64,000 nt of DNA from Carcharhinus longimanus (taxonomy: Eukaryota): assembly GCA_030264375.1 (NCBI GenBank), contig JASCQW010000156.1:30029138-30093137 (forward strand), written 5' to 3'. Shown here one piece after another: positions 25,830-39,185 of the stretch (the first letter of the stretch is position 1; every line of letters starts with the position of its first letter). Position numbers and translations under genes: made by a program. The notes under the pieces were generated by a model that was not told the origin of the DNA, did not search any database, and saw only the letters and a list, made by a program, of their open reading frames with translations.

Positions 25830-26245
25830 TGATTTTGATTTGATTTATTATTGTTACGTATTAGTATACAGTGAAAAGTATTATTTCCTGCGTACTTACA
25901 AACAAAGCATACCATTAATAGTGAAGGAAAGGAGAAGATGCAAAATATAGTATCATAGTTAGGGTGTCGAGAAAGGTCAACTTAATGTGAGGTAGGCCCA
26001 TTCAGAAGTGTGATGGCAGTAGGGAAGAAGCGGTTTTTGAGTTGGTTGATACATGGCCTCAGACTTTTGTACTTTTTCCTGATGGAAGAAGGTGGAAAAG
26101 AGAATGTCCGGGGTGCATGGGGTCCCTAATTATGCTAGCTGCTTTGCCGAGGCAGTGGGAAGTGTAAACAGAGTAAATGGATGGGAGGCTTGTTTGCGTG
26201 ATGGACTGGGCTACATTCATAACCTTTTGTAGTTTCTTGCAGTTG
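25830..26245 (-). mobile_element. LINE 3' end (Rex/Babar-like) with short-repeat tail
   Basis: (GATTT)n tail on +, followed by body typical of fish Rex1-type 3' ends; clade from recall. Confidence 0.5.
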
Positions 26246-26881
26246 AGGTGGATAGTTGGTAGGATGGCAGTCGGGTCAAATTAGGAGGATAGTGGAACGG
26301 GGAGTTGGAAGGTTAGTGGGAAGGAGTTGATTGGATGGGTGATTGTGGGTGGTCGGGACTCATTTGGGGTATAGTGGGGTGATCAGGTAGGTAGTTTTGG
26401 GGATGGGGGTGTTTAGTGTGAGTGATTCGGGTCAGATGTGTAATTACCCAGTTGTTAGACCAGGTTTTAATTTGTCCTACATTTGCTGGGTGACTATCTA
26501 GGTAAGTACAAGGAAACTGTCCCACGCCTCTGACTCAAACTCAGGGTTGGAGTTTTTAGAGTATCCTTTGGAGCAGAGAAACTGTCCATCACAAATTGAA
26601 ACTTCTCGGGCAGTTCCCATGTAGATAAGTGTGTCTTTCCATAGAACTGGCACAGGGTCCTGACACGCATCTTAGTCAGGCATCTGGTTTCTGGAGGCCG
26701 GAAGTTTTGGATCTATATGCCAGAATGCATTTGAGATTTCCTGATGTGATTCTACAAGTTAATTATGGAATGTGATTCATTCCCCAGCATTAATATTTTT
26801 ACATTAATCTCCAAAAATGCGTATGTATGGAAACAAATAAGTTTCCTTTTGGTTTGTAACACCTTTCTCCAGTTGTGCTTA

Positions 26882-27062
26882 TTTTTTTTATTAATGTCAC
26901 AAGTAGGCTTACATTAACACTGCAATGAAGTTACTGTGAAAATTCCCTAGTCGCCACATTTCAGTGCCTGTTTGGTTACGTTGAGGGAGAATATAGCAAT
27001 GCCAGTGTATCTTATCAGAATGTTTTTTGGACTGTGAGAGAAAACCGGAGAACCCAGAGCAG
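26882..27062 (-). mobile_element. 5'-truncated HE1-type SINE, alternative tail
   Basis: TGTCACAAGTAGGCTTACATTAACACTGCAATGAAGTTACTGTGAAAATTCCCTAG tail plus partial body. Confidence 0.8.
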
Positions 27063-29249
27063 CTGATGGATTTAGGCTGATGCTGGTAATGTACAGAAAA
27101 TAGTAGCATAATCACGTCAACAAATGCCTACCTATTGCTGATCAGGTTTGTATTTAGTTAGATGAATTCTTTCATTGTTTGCACATCAGTATGTGAGCAA
27201 TTGAAACACTTCCAAATTATATGTGAAGCAGCCGATGATGACTTCAACTGGCTATTTTAGGAACTCCTGTCATTAATCTGACAGAACATGTAATCATGGA
27301 CTAGGTTCCATTGAAAACCCAGAGCAGCAATGGTGTGCATCTGGACATAGACTGAGCCAAACACATGTTAATTCATGGCCTCAGTTGGTTAATGTTGAAC
27401 TCTGGAGATGAGCATGTTTTATGTTAAACTTTTTATCAGTTTAAAACTCATGTCTTCTTGAATGTTAGGTTACTAATCTGTAGGGAATCCATTCAAAGCT
27501 ATTTATTTTGGAATTGTGGTTGCTTTGTTTGGCTACTCAGTGAATAAAAATAAAGTGCACCCAATAAGGGCTAATTGCAGCTTATGTCTTCGAGCCACAC
27601 TGCAAAGCTTAAGCTATACCCTAGGTTGATTTTCCATGTGGTTTTATTGGAGATATTGGGTGGGAATCTTACTGAGCCTTTAAGAGAAGCTGAGAGGCGA
27701 CTAATCAGGTTGTCCTGTTTCATGATCTTGTCGTCCCCATTCAGCAGGATGTAATCATCCGAGCTCGTTTTCCTTAGTCCTATTGCCGATCAAGTTCATC
27801 ACCAGCGAGGATCACAGATGTTTTCCACCAATGGGAACCAGATGTGATGGCTCTGCCAGTGGGACTGGAGGACATTGAAACCTCCTGGGTGGTTGGAGGG
27901 AAATGGGCTAGGCAGTGCCCATGCAGTGGTGGCACCCTGGCACTACTGACCTGGTGCTGGGTAGGGTGTGAGGGGTGGGGTCTAATGGCTGGTTAAACCT
28001 TGAGGGGCTGGGCCTAATGGGGGTGGAGTCTGGGGGGGGNNNNNNNNNNCAGGGACTTTGATATACAGCCCACCTGATTCACATCACCATGGGAAAGGAT
28101 GCGGAGGAACTCATTTTTTTGAGACAAGCCCCCTTCAAGCCAATGAATATCATAGCTGTACAACAGTTTCTATGTGGTCAGCAGAGAGAAGAGGTTCTTA
28201 GGCTTTGCAAACTGCCACAACCAGATGTAAGAGGGAGAGTCTGTCAAGTGCTGAGAGGCATCCTGCAGCCAAAGGATTCTGGGAGATCCCTCCTGATTTG
28301 GCCAGAGGCAAAGAATCAGCAAGACAGGCTTTACTGCTAGTGGAGTATTTAGGAGAATTACTAAAGATTAAGGAAAGCGCTTAGTGATAGTCATTCAAAT
28401 TTATCATTCTGGTTAACGTGCAGTTATTGGAAGCTGGGAGCACCTGTAGACTATTTGCTGTAGGACTGTAATTCTGCTATGAGTGCAATGTGTGATGAGC
28501 ACGAAGGAGGGAATTTCCCTTTCTATAGTTTAAAGTAGATGTTGCCTACAAATAGGAAATGGTGTGTAGTCAGTAGTGCTTTTAGTCATTTGTTACAGTA
28601 AAATTTTTAAATTATTAAATCCTGTGTCATCCTTACTGCTATTTCTAGGAAGTTTGTTTTTAAACATTATCAGTCTCTACTGGGATTGTAGCGCAACTAA
28701 ATAGTGATGTCTGCACTTTAAAATATTACATTGTATGGCAGATACTCTTAAGTTTTGCAATCTCTCAAAAAAAATTCTGAAAAACAATGTGTACAAATTA
28801 TGATTAATTGGTATAAATGAGGCATGAAGTTGTAGTCTATCATTCAATAGGAATCTTTGAACACTTAAGATATTTTCTCCTTTATCGTTACCTTACCTTG
28901 CAAGTTTTGGGTTATGCATTACTCTACAGAAACACGCCTGTAATATNNNNNNNNNNNNNNNNNNNNNNNNNNNNNNNNNNNNNNNNNNNNNNNNNNNNNN
29001 NNNNNNNNNNNNNNNNNNNNNNNNNNNNNNNNNNNNNNNNNNNNNNACATGCCTGTAATATATTACCAAGAAGCATAGTTAGGGCCAGGATGCTGGATTA
29101 ATTTAAAACAGGAATAGGTGCTCAAATGGGAAGATATTGGAGTTGATATTTCAATCCAAAACCAAGATTTTGTTTTCCAAATGGAAAAGTTGAGCTGTAT
29201 CTTCTTTTGTATTCGTCTATAATATACAGAGGGGAAAAGAAACAAACTT

Positions 29250-29675
29250 GTGTTCATGTAGCGTTTTTAATAACTTCAGGAAATCCCAAAATGCTTAAGC
29301 GCTGATTAACTTCTGAAGTATATATACTATTCCCCGATACTCAAATGTAGCCGCCAGTTGCATGCAGCAATCAGACTGGTGTTAGATAAGGGATGAATGT
29401 CAGCTATGATACTGGGAGAATTCCCAGCCGTTCGTTTTTGGAAAAAATGTTTTGAGTTTTTTTGCATCCAAATGGGCAAACAAGATTTTTTTTTACGTAA
29501 ACAAGGTATTTTTTAACATTTCATCTGGAAAAAGAGACCTCCAGTTGTCCAGCATTTTGTCAGTTCTGTATTGAAGTGTCAGTCTAGATTGTGCTCAAGT
29601 TTCAAGTGGGGCTTGGACCCAGAAACTTTCTGACTCTGAAGCACGACTTACTACTGAGTCAAGGCTGACACTGTA
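29250..29675 (-). mobile_element. old Deu-domain type SINE (SacSINE1-like)
   Basis: tRNA-like head on - strand (GGCTTGGACCCAGAAACTTTCTGACTCTGAAG on +) and body similar to 1165-1870. Confidence 0.55.
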
Positions 29676-29848
29676 AAACCTTTTTATACATGATATAAAA
29701 TGTTATTTTGTTAATGCTCCCTAGTAAAATATTTCACTGCTATATTTTGAGCAAAAGTTGACAACTATTATGACTGACTGTGTCTGTATTAAAACAAACT
29801 AAAGCAGTTGTTTTTGATTCTAATGGCACTATTTGATCTATTTTTCAG

Positions 29849-29941
29849 TATCAAATATTTATTCCTATGGTGAACAAGGTGATGATGCGCCACAGAATAA
29901 ACCACCAGCGATATGATGTGTTAATATGTCGTATTGTAAAG
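29849..29941 (+). CDS. MTOR: MTOR coding exon (exon 24 equivalent), 93 nt
   Basis: ttttcAG|TAT...AAG|GTcagt; YQIFIPMVNKVMMRHRINHQRYDVLICRIVK. Confidence 0.97.
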
Positions 29942-30147
29942 GTCAGTGTAACTTCAATATTTATTTTTAAGTTTCAAAATGCAGCACTATATTAAGACTA
30001 TTTTGTTTTCAATGTTACACAATTTCCTTCCCTGATCCTTCCTTTGTTCTGCTTCTTTGAAAACGTGCATTATTTAATCTCTGCTTTAGCTTATTATCAT
30101 GGTGATTCTAAACACTGCACATGGAGCAATTAGTATCCTGTAGTATA

Positions 30148-30462
30148 TAAGAACATAAGAAATAGGAGCAGGAGTAGGCCATCTAGCCCTTCGAGCCTGC
30201 CCCGCCATTCAATAAGATCNNNNNNNNNNNNNNNNNNNNNNNNNNNNNNNNNNNNNNNNNNNNNNNNNNNNNNNNNNNNNNNNNNNNNNNNNNNNNNNNN
30301 NNNNNNNNNNNNNNNNNNNAACTCTAACGAGTACAAGCCCAGTTTATTCAGCCTCTCCTCATAGCTCAACCCCCTCAACTCCGGTATTAGCCTAGTGAAC
30401 CTCCTCTGCACTCCCTCCAAGGCCAAAATATCTTTGCGCAGGTGCGGTGCCCAAAACTGCCA
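30148..30462 (-). mobile_element. CR1 3' fragment with internal gap
   Basis: ORF ALEGVQRRFTRLIPELRGLSYEERLNKLGLYSLE; tail (TTCTTATG)n. Confidence 0.88.
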
Positions 30463-31525
30463 AAAATACCAAATATGGTATTACCCAAGTTTCTCATTCA
30501 TCATGAATGTTGATGTGCCATGTTTTATGTGTGTACAAATAACAGTTAAAAATGCACTTTCTTTTTAGTATTAGATAGTAATGGTGAAAGAGTTTCCTCA
30601 TTTACCATCTGTAGAAATATGGTAAAGCAGTCATGATTTCATTATGAAGAGGAAATGGACAAATTCACCACCTTCCCAGATAGTCTTTTACAGTGATGGT
30701 CTAAACAAAAGACAACTTGTTGAGGCAACGTATCTGTAATTCCTGCTCTATGGTAACTTAGATTCGTCAAGTGAGTGCAGGCACATATTGACTGGAAAGC
30801 TGTGACAACTGACAGAAGATTTCACAAATGACTGCTGCAAATTTTATTGAGTAGCATAATAGTCTCAATTTTATTATTGGTAGATATAGGAAGATCTTAT
30901 TTTATTACTTATCACATTTTGGAGCTAGTTCATGGTGATTCTAAACCTATAAATAAATGTAAGTTTTTTGAATGCATTCTTGATTCATGGCTGTCATAAT
31001 TAGAGCAAAAAATAATCAGCATGATGTGGTCCATTAAACCTAAAATGGGAATATATCGCAGACACTCCACATTGCTTTATAAACTCATCAAGTATGAACC
31101 TTAGTAGTTTGTTACATGACTGATGTTTAAAGTCATATCAAGATTGATGATGTGGCTAATGGGGAGAAATCTGTACCAACAGACTTGTCACAAGGAGTTT
31201 AATTTGATTGGGAAGCCTCTTGACCCCTACGTTCGCATGGAAGGAGTATGACTGACTACTCACAACTTGTCTAGAGGTTGCAGCTGCAGTAACATCACAA
31301 AACTTTGCTTGATTCTTGTATAGTAAAGTTCATTTGTATTAAATTGTGGCTTAATTCTTTCAATAGATGATTTTGAATTTCTCTCTAAGCATTGACAATC
31401 TTTGAATTTTAACCATCGCTTTTGGAGAGAAATATTTACTTGGTAGCATCAGGCGCAATGATTAGCTGTTGAACTTAGAACTTAACTCTAATCAAAATGA
31501 AAATATTTTGTGATATGGCAAAATT

Positions 31526-31573
31526 GTTTGTTGCTTGTTTATTAAATGAATATTTAATAAACAAGCAACAAAC
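31526..31573. repeat. perfect 22-bp inverted repeat with 4-nt loop
   Basis: GTTTGTTGCTTGTTTATTAAAT-gaat-ATTTAATAAACAAGCAACAAAC. Confidence 0.95.
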
Positions 31574-31604
31574 TTTCGATGAATATATATTTTGGCCAAA
31601 TCCA

Positions 31605-32150
31605 CATTTGCTTTGAGGTTTGGTAGAGGAGGAGGTGGCATGGCTGTATTGACTGAAGATGATGTTCCAGTCTTAAATAAAAAAGATGTATCGGACGGTT
31701 TTAGTACTGAATCTATTTGGCTTAATTAAGGAACGGAGGGAAAGCTATTAAATTGTTGGGAGTTTTTATAGGACTCTAAACGGTGGGAAGGAGACAGATG
31801 AACAAATTTGTCGATAAATTTCAAAACGGTGTAACAAAAATAGAGTTGCAATACAAGGAGACTTTAAGTACCCTAATCTAGACTTGTTGTGCCACCTGTC
31901 CTATTTCATTTCCCATGTTACAGCAGATCATCTAACTAACAATGACCGCAACATAATTTAGTTGAAGTATTTACAGAAAGAGAACAGAAAATAACAGAGG
32001 TAAAAATGCCAGACTGGGGTAAGGTAAGGGAATTACAAAGCTAGATTGGAAAAGGTGATTGGAGGGCAAAGCAATAATGGAGCAATGGAGAGCATTCAAG
32101 GAAGAGAGTTCAGTTCCAAATTAGATGTATTCCTTTGAAGGGAAAAGATA
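31605..32150 (+). mobile_element. decayed CR1 endonuclease region
   Basis: GGAGGAGGTGGCATGGCTGTATTG (GGGVA), ACTGAATCTATTTGG (TESIW), GGAGACTTTAAGTACCCT (GDF.YP) AP-endonuclease motifs. Confidence 0.6.
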
Positions 32151-33309
32151 TGAGATAAAAGCATATGTGTGTGGGATGACAAAGGAAATAGAAGAAGGTT
32201 TATGACTAGCAAGATTTGGTTGTTAGCAAGATTGTGAATGATTGAAAAAATTAACACTGGAGGCAAAGTGAGGTTACAAGATTGAGACAATATAAATTGA
32301 ACTCTGAAACATTTGATAACACTGCAAAATTGGGCTTACTAATAACCTGCAGTTTGCTTCAATTTAATTGTAAGACTTGGGTCAGTTATAATTACAGACT
32401 AAGTTGGGAGAGCTGATCTAGAGGGGATTTTCAGTTCAGACTAGCTACAGATCATGATAGGTATGAATGAGTTTTTGCAGGCTTCACAGAATCTATTAAA
32501 TTTATCACATGTACAAAAATGTAATATTTAACACAGTGGTATACAGTCACAGCCACTGTGGTATGCTGGCTATTGTCCTCTGGTTGACTACAGTGCTTGT
32601 TTCTTGATTTGAAGTTGTCTTTCTTCTCTGATGCACGCTTTAAAGTTTTACAAGTCTCTATTTCATACACTCTTTTTCCCAACTTGGCTTTGTGCCATAT
32701 TAGGTAAAACTCCTGTTTTGACCATCTGGTCAGGAATGACCTCCTTGTTCTGCCAAGGTTATATCAAGATCCACGTGACCATATAACTTGTGTCTGTTGT
32801 TTGCAGAAAACTGCCTCAGAAAGTTTGCAGGGGCTTCAATCTCACACTTCCATGATACTGTTAACTCTATATAACTCATGCCTTTTGTCTTTCACAGCTC
32901 TTAGACTAAGTAGATCACACCGTTGCTGTGGCTCCATGGCCGCATATCTAACAATGACAAGTTAAAAGGGTGAATACATGCAAGGTCTGTTACTGCAGCA
33001 CTTTGTCATATGGGGTGTATTTGCAGTCTTTTATTAGGCAAAGAGTTGAAAGTTTCTCTGAGGCTGTCCACAGTTTAAAACATTTACAATAAAGATGTGC
33101 CTTTATTGAATTAACCATCTGAGATCAGTTTTCAGTATTTCATATCACTTGCAAAAAACTTCAGCTAATATTCAACTGAGTTTATCCACCAGGTTTTGCA
33201 GTTATGTCAATACAAAATGTGATTTTTACAGATATATTAAAGATATGACAATTAAGTTCTGACAGTACTATAATTACAAAAAGCCTAATCCTACAGACCC
33301 AAATCAAAA

Positions 33310-34850
33310 TCATCACGGAGGACGTGGCAAAAGTATTAAAGAAGAACCTTGCTCCTGTCTTCATAAGGACAATGTATGATGCAACAGTTAGATTAAAAGA
33401 GCAGAGGAAGAAATGGATGAGATAATAAAGTTGTATTAAAAGAAATGCTGGAAATTGGCAAGTCATCTGGTTAAGTGGAATGTATTTCAGTCACTGAAAG
33501 AAGCAAAGGTGCAAATAGGCATTGGTCACAGGAGTTGATACAGTAGGAAGTTTCACAACACCAGGTTAAAGTCCAACAGGTTTATTTGGCAGTCAAGCTT
33601 GTGCTACCAAATAAATTTATTGGACTTTAACCTGGTATTGTGAGACTTCCTAATGTTTTACCCCTCTTTAGAAAGGGAAAATGGATAAACCAGGAAACAA
33701 CAAGCCTGCTAGACTGACATTAGTAGTAGAGTGTTTATTGGAAACCATTATCAATGGCAAAATAAACTTTAACTTGGAAAGGCATGAGTTAATGAAGGTG
33801 AGTTAATGAAGGTGAGTCAATATGGATTTGTTAAATGTAAATTGTGTCTGACTTCTTTGACAAACTTCTCCATTTTCTCATTGCTATGTAGTTTCTTGTA
33901 AAAATAATGTTGTTTATAAGGACTTCCAGAAGGTGTTCACCAAAATGCTGTACAGGAGATATAATGACAGGATACAAAAAGTGATAGTGGATGGATGATT
34001 TTCAGATAGGTAACTGGCTTGCAGTGGTGTTCCTCAAGGGATAGTTATGTTTCCATTCCCCTTTGGAGTTTTATAACTAACCTAGCCTATGGTGTAGGAA
34101 GCTACAGGCTTCAGAATGACAAAGACTGGATGGTGAAATGGACAGATATACAGAGAATGAAGTTCAATGCGGAGATGTGTGAAGTGATGTACTTAGGGAA
34201 AATTATTCAAAAAAGAAAGTGCAAAACTATGATTTTTGAAAAGTGTGGATGAACAAAGAGAATTTAAGTCCCTAAAGGTGCCAGGGCAAAGTGCTAAGGT
34301 GGTTAAAAAAGCGCATGGATTTCCTGGATTTATATGTAGAGGGGTAGAACATGAAAATAAAGAGATCATACTGGAACTGTATAAACAGCAGGAGTAATGT
34401 GGACATTTCTACACACACATTTTAGGAAAGATGTAAAGGCATTTGAAAGGACACTAAGCAGATTTACCAGAACGTTACCGCAGTTGAGGGTCTTCAATTA
34501 TGAGGAGAGGTTGAACAAGTTAGGAGAGTTCTCCTTGGAACAGAGAACATTAAGAATTAATCTAGTAGTGGTTTTCAAGGTGATAAGTTTTGATGTTGTA
34601 ATTAGGAAAAATATTTTTCAATTAGTATGGCAATAATTAGCCTTCCTAGATTCATAATCGTTGGGAAAAGATCCAGAAAGCGGAAGAGGAAAAATTGTTT
34701 TCGCTCCAGATTTTTCAGGATTTGCAATCCTCTATCCAAAAATGTAGTGGAAGCTGATTCCATGTAAAATTTTGAAAGGGAGATGAAGAGCTACAGAAAG
34801 TGGGGCTGAGAGAAAATTTTGATGATTCGATGATGCAATATTCACAATTC
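33310..34850 (+). mobile_element. heavily decayed CR1 ORF2 relic
   Basis: PLFRKGK.DKPGN..P motif at 33660; MKFNAEMCEVMYLG; FRKDVKAFER..SRFTR..PQLR.FNYEERLNKLG. Confidence 0.8.
33541..33655. mobile_element. third, more decayed copy of the hairpin element, inside a CR1 relic
   Basis: CACAACACCAGGTTAAAGTCCAA...TTGGACTTTAACCTGGTATTGTG imperfect inverted repeat. Confidence 0.75.
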
Positions 34851-34928
34851 TGTTGGTTAAGTAAATGCCTGAATACTATTTCTATTGTAATGAAAATTAT
34901 TTAAAATGTGTTTGAATGTGCACAACAG

Positions 34929-35075
34929 GGTTACACCTTGGCTGAAGAAGAGGAAGATCCTATCATTTTTCAACACCGCGCTTCCCGAGGCAATCAGGGA
35001 GACACACTGTCTAGTGGACCAGTGGAAACTGGTCCCATGAAGAAATTGCATGTCAGCACTACCAACTTGCAGAAG
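34929..35075 (+). CDS. MTOR: MTOR coding exon (exon 25 equivalent), 147 nt
   Basis: caacAG|GGT...AAG|GTttgt; GYTLAEEEEDPIIFQHRASRGNQGDTLSSGPVETGPMKKLHVSTTNLQK. Confidence 0.97.
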
Positions 35076-36194
35076 GTTTGTTCACAGTTGATGAATAAAT
35101 TGATGAAAAATAAACTGTGTTTGCTGTATTGTGTGTGAAAATACGAATTTAACAATAGTCAGTCGAAACTGCCTTTTATTTCTGCGGGTCATGGGGATAT
35201 TTATCATTAGCATGTCTATTATGTATAGTATAAGCGGAAATGGTTTTATTTTTTACTTGAATCTTTGATATAGCCATATTTGGTTATTTTAATTTGTAAG
35301 TATCTTGAAAATGAGTGTATGAAGAATTCTTGTTGTGGAGGTATTGCTTGAATTCAAATGAAGAAAAATCTTTTGACTTGGAAGGAAAATTAGAATGATG
35401 ATGTGTAACTTGAAATGATTTATCCTATTCTTAATTTAATTGGATAGTTAATTTTCAGAAATTTTTATAAAGTGGTTTGTATTTCAGTTTTACATTTACT
35501 ACTTGTTTTGAGCACAATGCAGATCACTGACATTTTTATCGAAGCTATTAATGGCCTTAAATTGCCTGCTGAGAACGTGGCCTGCAGCTTGAAGGTGGCT
35601 GCATGCCTATTGTTCCATTTAAAAGCTGTGTTAAAATTTAAATGTCGAACACATATTAAAACCAAGTTATTAGCAACTTGTAAATCAAATGTCACTTTTT
35701 TTCCTAGTTCTCTTGGCCTACATGTTAATATTTGTAACTATAGTAAATTTACAACACTGAAGTTGAAACAGGCATTAATGAAAGTGAGCTTATACAACCG
35801 GTATTTGCTTAATAACAATGCAGAATTGTTACATTCATCACTCTGCATTACCCTCCAGTTGGGCAGGCAAAATAGCTAGGTTTTTTTGTTCCCTAAAATT
35901 GAAAGTTTTTAAAAGAGAGACCATAGTTCTAGTTGTAATGAAATTGATACAAAGTGTATGTAATATGCAACACCTTGAGGTGGGGCCACATTACTTACGT
36001 ACAACATACGGGCTGTCTCACCCAAGTTGTCAATGCCAATGTTCCTGCTCCAAACAAGCTCTTCTTCCTCCTGCCTTCATCTAACTGTTATCAACATGAA
36101 CTTTTTTTCCCTCATTTTTATTTGGCTTTCTCGTAACTGCATCTATGCTATTTGCCTCTACTGCCGTTTGTGAAAGCAAATTCCACATTCCCCA

Positions 36195-38300
36195 GACACC
36201 CAGGCTAATGATCTGAGAACACAAGTTCAAATCCTACCACAGCAGCTGGTGGAATATAAATTCAGTTAACAAATCTGCAATGATAAAAGAGCTATTCTCT
36301 GTAACATTGACTATGAAACCATTGTTGATTATTGTAAAAATCCATCTCATTCACTGATGTCCTTTAGGGAACGAAATTTGCCATTCTTACCTGGCCTGGC
36401 CTACATATTATTCCAAAATCTCAGTGTAGTTGACTCTTAACTGCCCTCTGAAATAGCCTAGAAAGCTATTCCCTTGTATGAAACTGCTACAATGTTTACA
36501 AAAAGAAATAAAAGCAGGGGAAGGGCCTGTATCAATATAGGCACTGGAAACAACAATGGTAAGCCCAGCCCTGTTGAGCCACAAAGTCCTCTTTAACATC
36601 TGGGTGCTTGTGCCAAAAATGGGAGAGGTGTTCCAAGCTATTTGAACAGCAACCTGACGGTCATAATCACAAGAACATACCTTATAGAAAATATCCCAGA
36701 CACCACCACCACCATTTCTGGATATGACCTGTCTCTCAGGTCATAGTAATACACAGACAGAAGGAGGTTGCCCTGGGACTTCTGAACATCAACATGAAGT
36801 CTCATGGCATCAAGTCAAACATAGGCAAGGAAATCTCCTGCTGATTACCACATTTTCCCTCCCTCAGTTGATGAATCAATACTCCGTCATGTCAAACACA
36901 CTTGGATTAAACACTGGGGGTGGCAAGGGCACAGAATATACTCTGGATGGGGAGACCAAGAGTGACTCAGTAGCCCAGCTATTAACTAAGCTGACTGAGT
37001 CACCAAAGGACTATTTGACTGTGTTGGCAGCAGGTGGCGAGGGAACCAACAAAAAGGAAAATCCCAGTTGACCTCACCCTCATCAAAGTAAAAGCTTGGC
37101 AAAGGTGAGAGTAAAAGAAGGGATGGAGTCCGATGACAGATAAGGAGTAGAAGTATTCAGAGGTGCATAATTATTGAATTAAGATAGTTGTTGAAATTTG
37201 AGATCCTTGACACCTGAAAAGAAGAATAAAAAGATTATTAGTTCAAGTTAAAGATGAAATGGAATTGCGGATCAGAACGGAATGTGTCGCTGCTGCTGAA
37301 GAGAGAGGTAGAGAGCTTGCATTTGGCAGCACAAAGCGATAAACGTGGAACTCAGGATGCAATGAGGGCATTGCTTCAAGGAATAGTGAACATCTTTGAA
37401 ATATCTGAAGGGTGGAACTTCAGTTGGAATTTATTTGGAATAAGTTGGAGCTAGAGATAGTTACTTAGGAAAGAGGTGTNNNNNNNNNNNNNNNACCTGA
37501 TGAAATACTAGAAGGGAAGCGGAAAGAAATGAAAATGAATAAGTTAAAAGAGACCAAAGGAAATCTCGTCAGGGAAAAGAGCAGAAGTTCTTCAAGGTTG
37601 GCATTCCTACAAGAGAAACAAATTAACCATTCAAATAAAAACCTGTAGATGCTGAAAATCTGAAATTAAAAGAGAAAATGCTGGCAGCAACAGTAGACAA
37701 ACAGTTAGAGAAATACTTGGAAGAGAAGAAATTGCTGACTAATCAGAAAGCTCTTTCCAAGCACGATGGGCTAAAAAGCTTTCTTTTGTGCTGTAAAATT
37801 CCATGAAAATATCCACCATCCACAATGCACAAAAAGTGTGACGGAATGCTCTTCACCTGCCTGGATGAGTACAGCTCCAACCGCAGTCATCAGGACAAAG
37901 CAGCCTGCTTGATCGACACTCCATCTCTACCTTAAGTATTCACTCCATCCATCACTAGTGCAGAGTGGCGACGATATGTATCATGTTGGATTTACTACAG
38001 CACCTTCTAAACTCTCAATCTTTACCAGAAGAAGGAGGGCAGCAAATGCATGGGAGCACCTCAGCTGCACATTTTCCCTCCAAGCCACACACTATCCTGA
38101 CCTGAAACTGTATCGCCACTCCTTCACTGTCACTTGGTCCAAATCCTTGTACTCCGACCCTAACAGCACTGCACTGTAGATGTGCTGAAACCACATGGAC
38201 TACGTTTAAGATGGCAGCTCACCACTATCTCTTTAAAGCAATTCAGAACTGGCAACAAATGCTGACCTTGCTCATAATTCTCCTCCAATCCATGAACAAT
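36195..38300 (+). mobile_element. decayed LINE (5' part 36195-37080, 3' part 37810-38300) with nested inserts
   Basis: endonuclease-like HEVSWHQVKHRQGNLLLITT segment; 3' end GGCAGCTCACCAC...AAATGCTG shared with 8270-8370. Confidence 0.55.
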
Positions 38301-38379
38301 TTTTTTTAAAAAACACATTCAATTATTGATCCTTTACCATTCCTGCTGACTCCAGTGTGATGTCACCAAAACAGATTGT

Positions 38380-39185
38380 TCCCTTCTCTTGTTCTCAACA
38401 TTTTAGCGGGACAGATCCCACTCTCATTCCAACCTGGTCTATGCTGCCTTTACTCCCAACAACCTTATCCTTTCCATGGCACCTTCCCATGCAAGCACTG
38501 AGGTGCAATACCTGCTCTTTTACTAGCTCCATCCAGGGCATCAAAATTCCTTCCAAGTAAAATGATGATTTGTTTGTACTTCTTTCAGTTTGATATATGG
38601 TATTCGCTATTCACAATATGGTCTACTATACACTGTGAGGTCCAAGCACAGATTTTGGATAGCTTTGTAAAATATTTTGGTTAAATCCATACGTATCTTC
38701 TGGTTACCTGTCATTTTAAGTCTGGACTTTCACTCTGCCCATCGACTTTTACACTGTTTCAGTGAAGCTCAAAGTAAACTGGCGAAACAGCAACTCATCT
38801 TTCAGCCTTCCCTCAACATTAAATTCAACAATTTCAGATTTTAACCTCTGACTCCATTTTTTGGAATGGCAGCTGTTGTTGAAGATTCTGCCAGTTTTAC
38901 CTGTACTCTAGATCCATCTTTCATTCTTTTCTCATTATCATTCTCTTTTGCCTTACACTGTTGTCCAGTTTGTTATTTAATTTTGTATTTTTATCACAGA
39001 CTGCCACTTTTATGTTTTTTCGTTCCCCCTCTCCCTGCCTCTCTGCTTGCACAAAATCTCTTCCGTTTCTAACTTTTTCCAGTTGCGAGGAGTGGTCATC
39101 AATTTGAAATGTAAAATTTAAAATGTCTTCAGATACTGCCTGACCTACTGAGCATTTTCAGCATTGTCTGGTTTTTTTTTTAGTT
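38380..39185 (+). mobile_element. decayed Penelope-like element 3' portion (GIY-YIG endonuclease region and terminal repeat)
   Basis: degenerate GTFPC...CNTC.FT...IQG....FQV....CTS..LIY.IR.S..GLLY pattern (CCHH linker plus GIY-YIG), ending in the palindromic family terminus CAGATACTGCCTGACCTACTGAGCATTTTCAGCATT. Confidence 0.65.
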
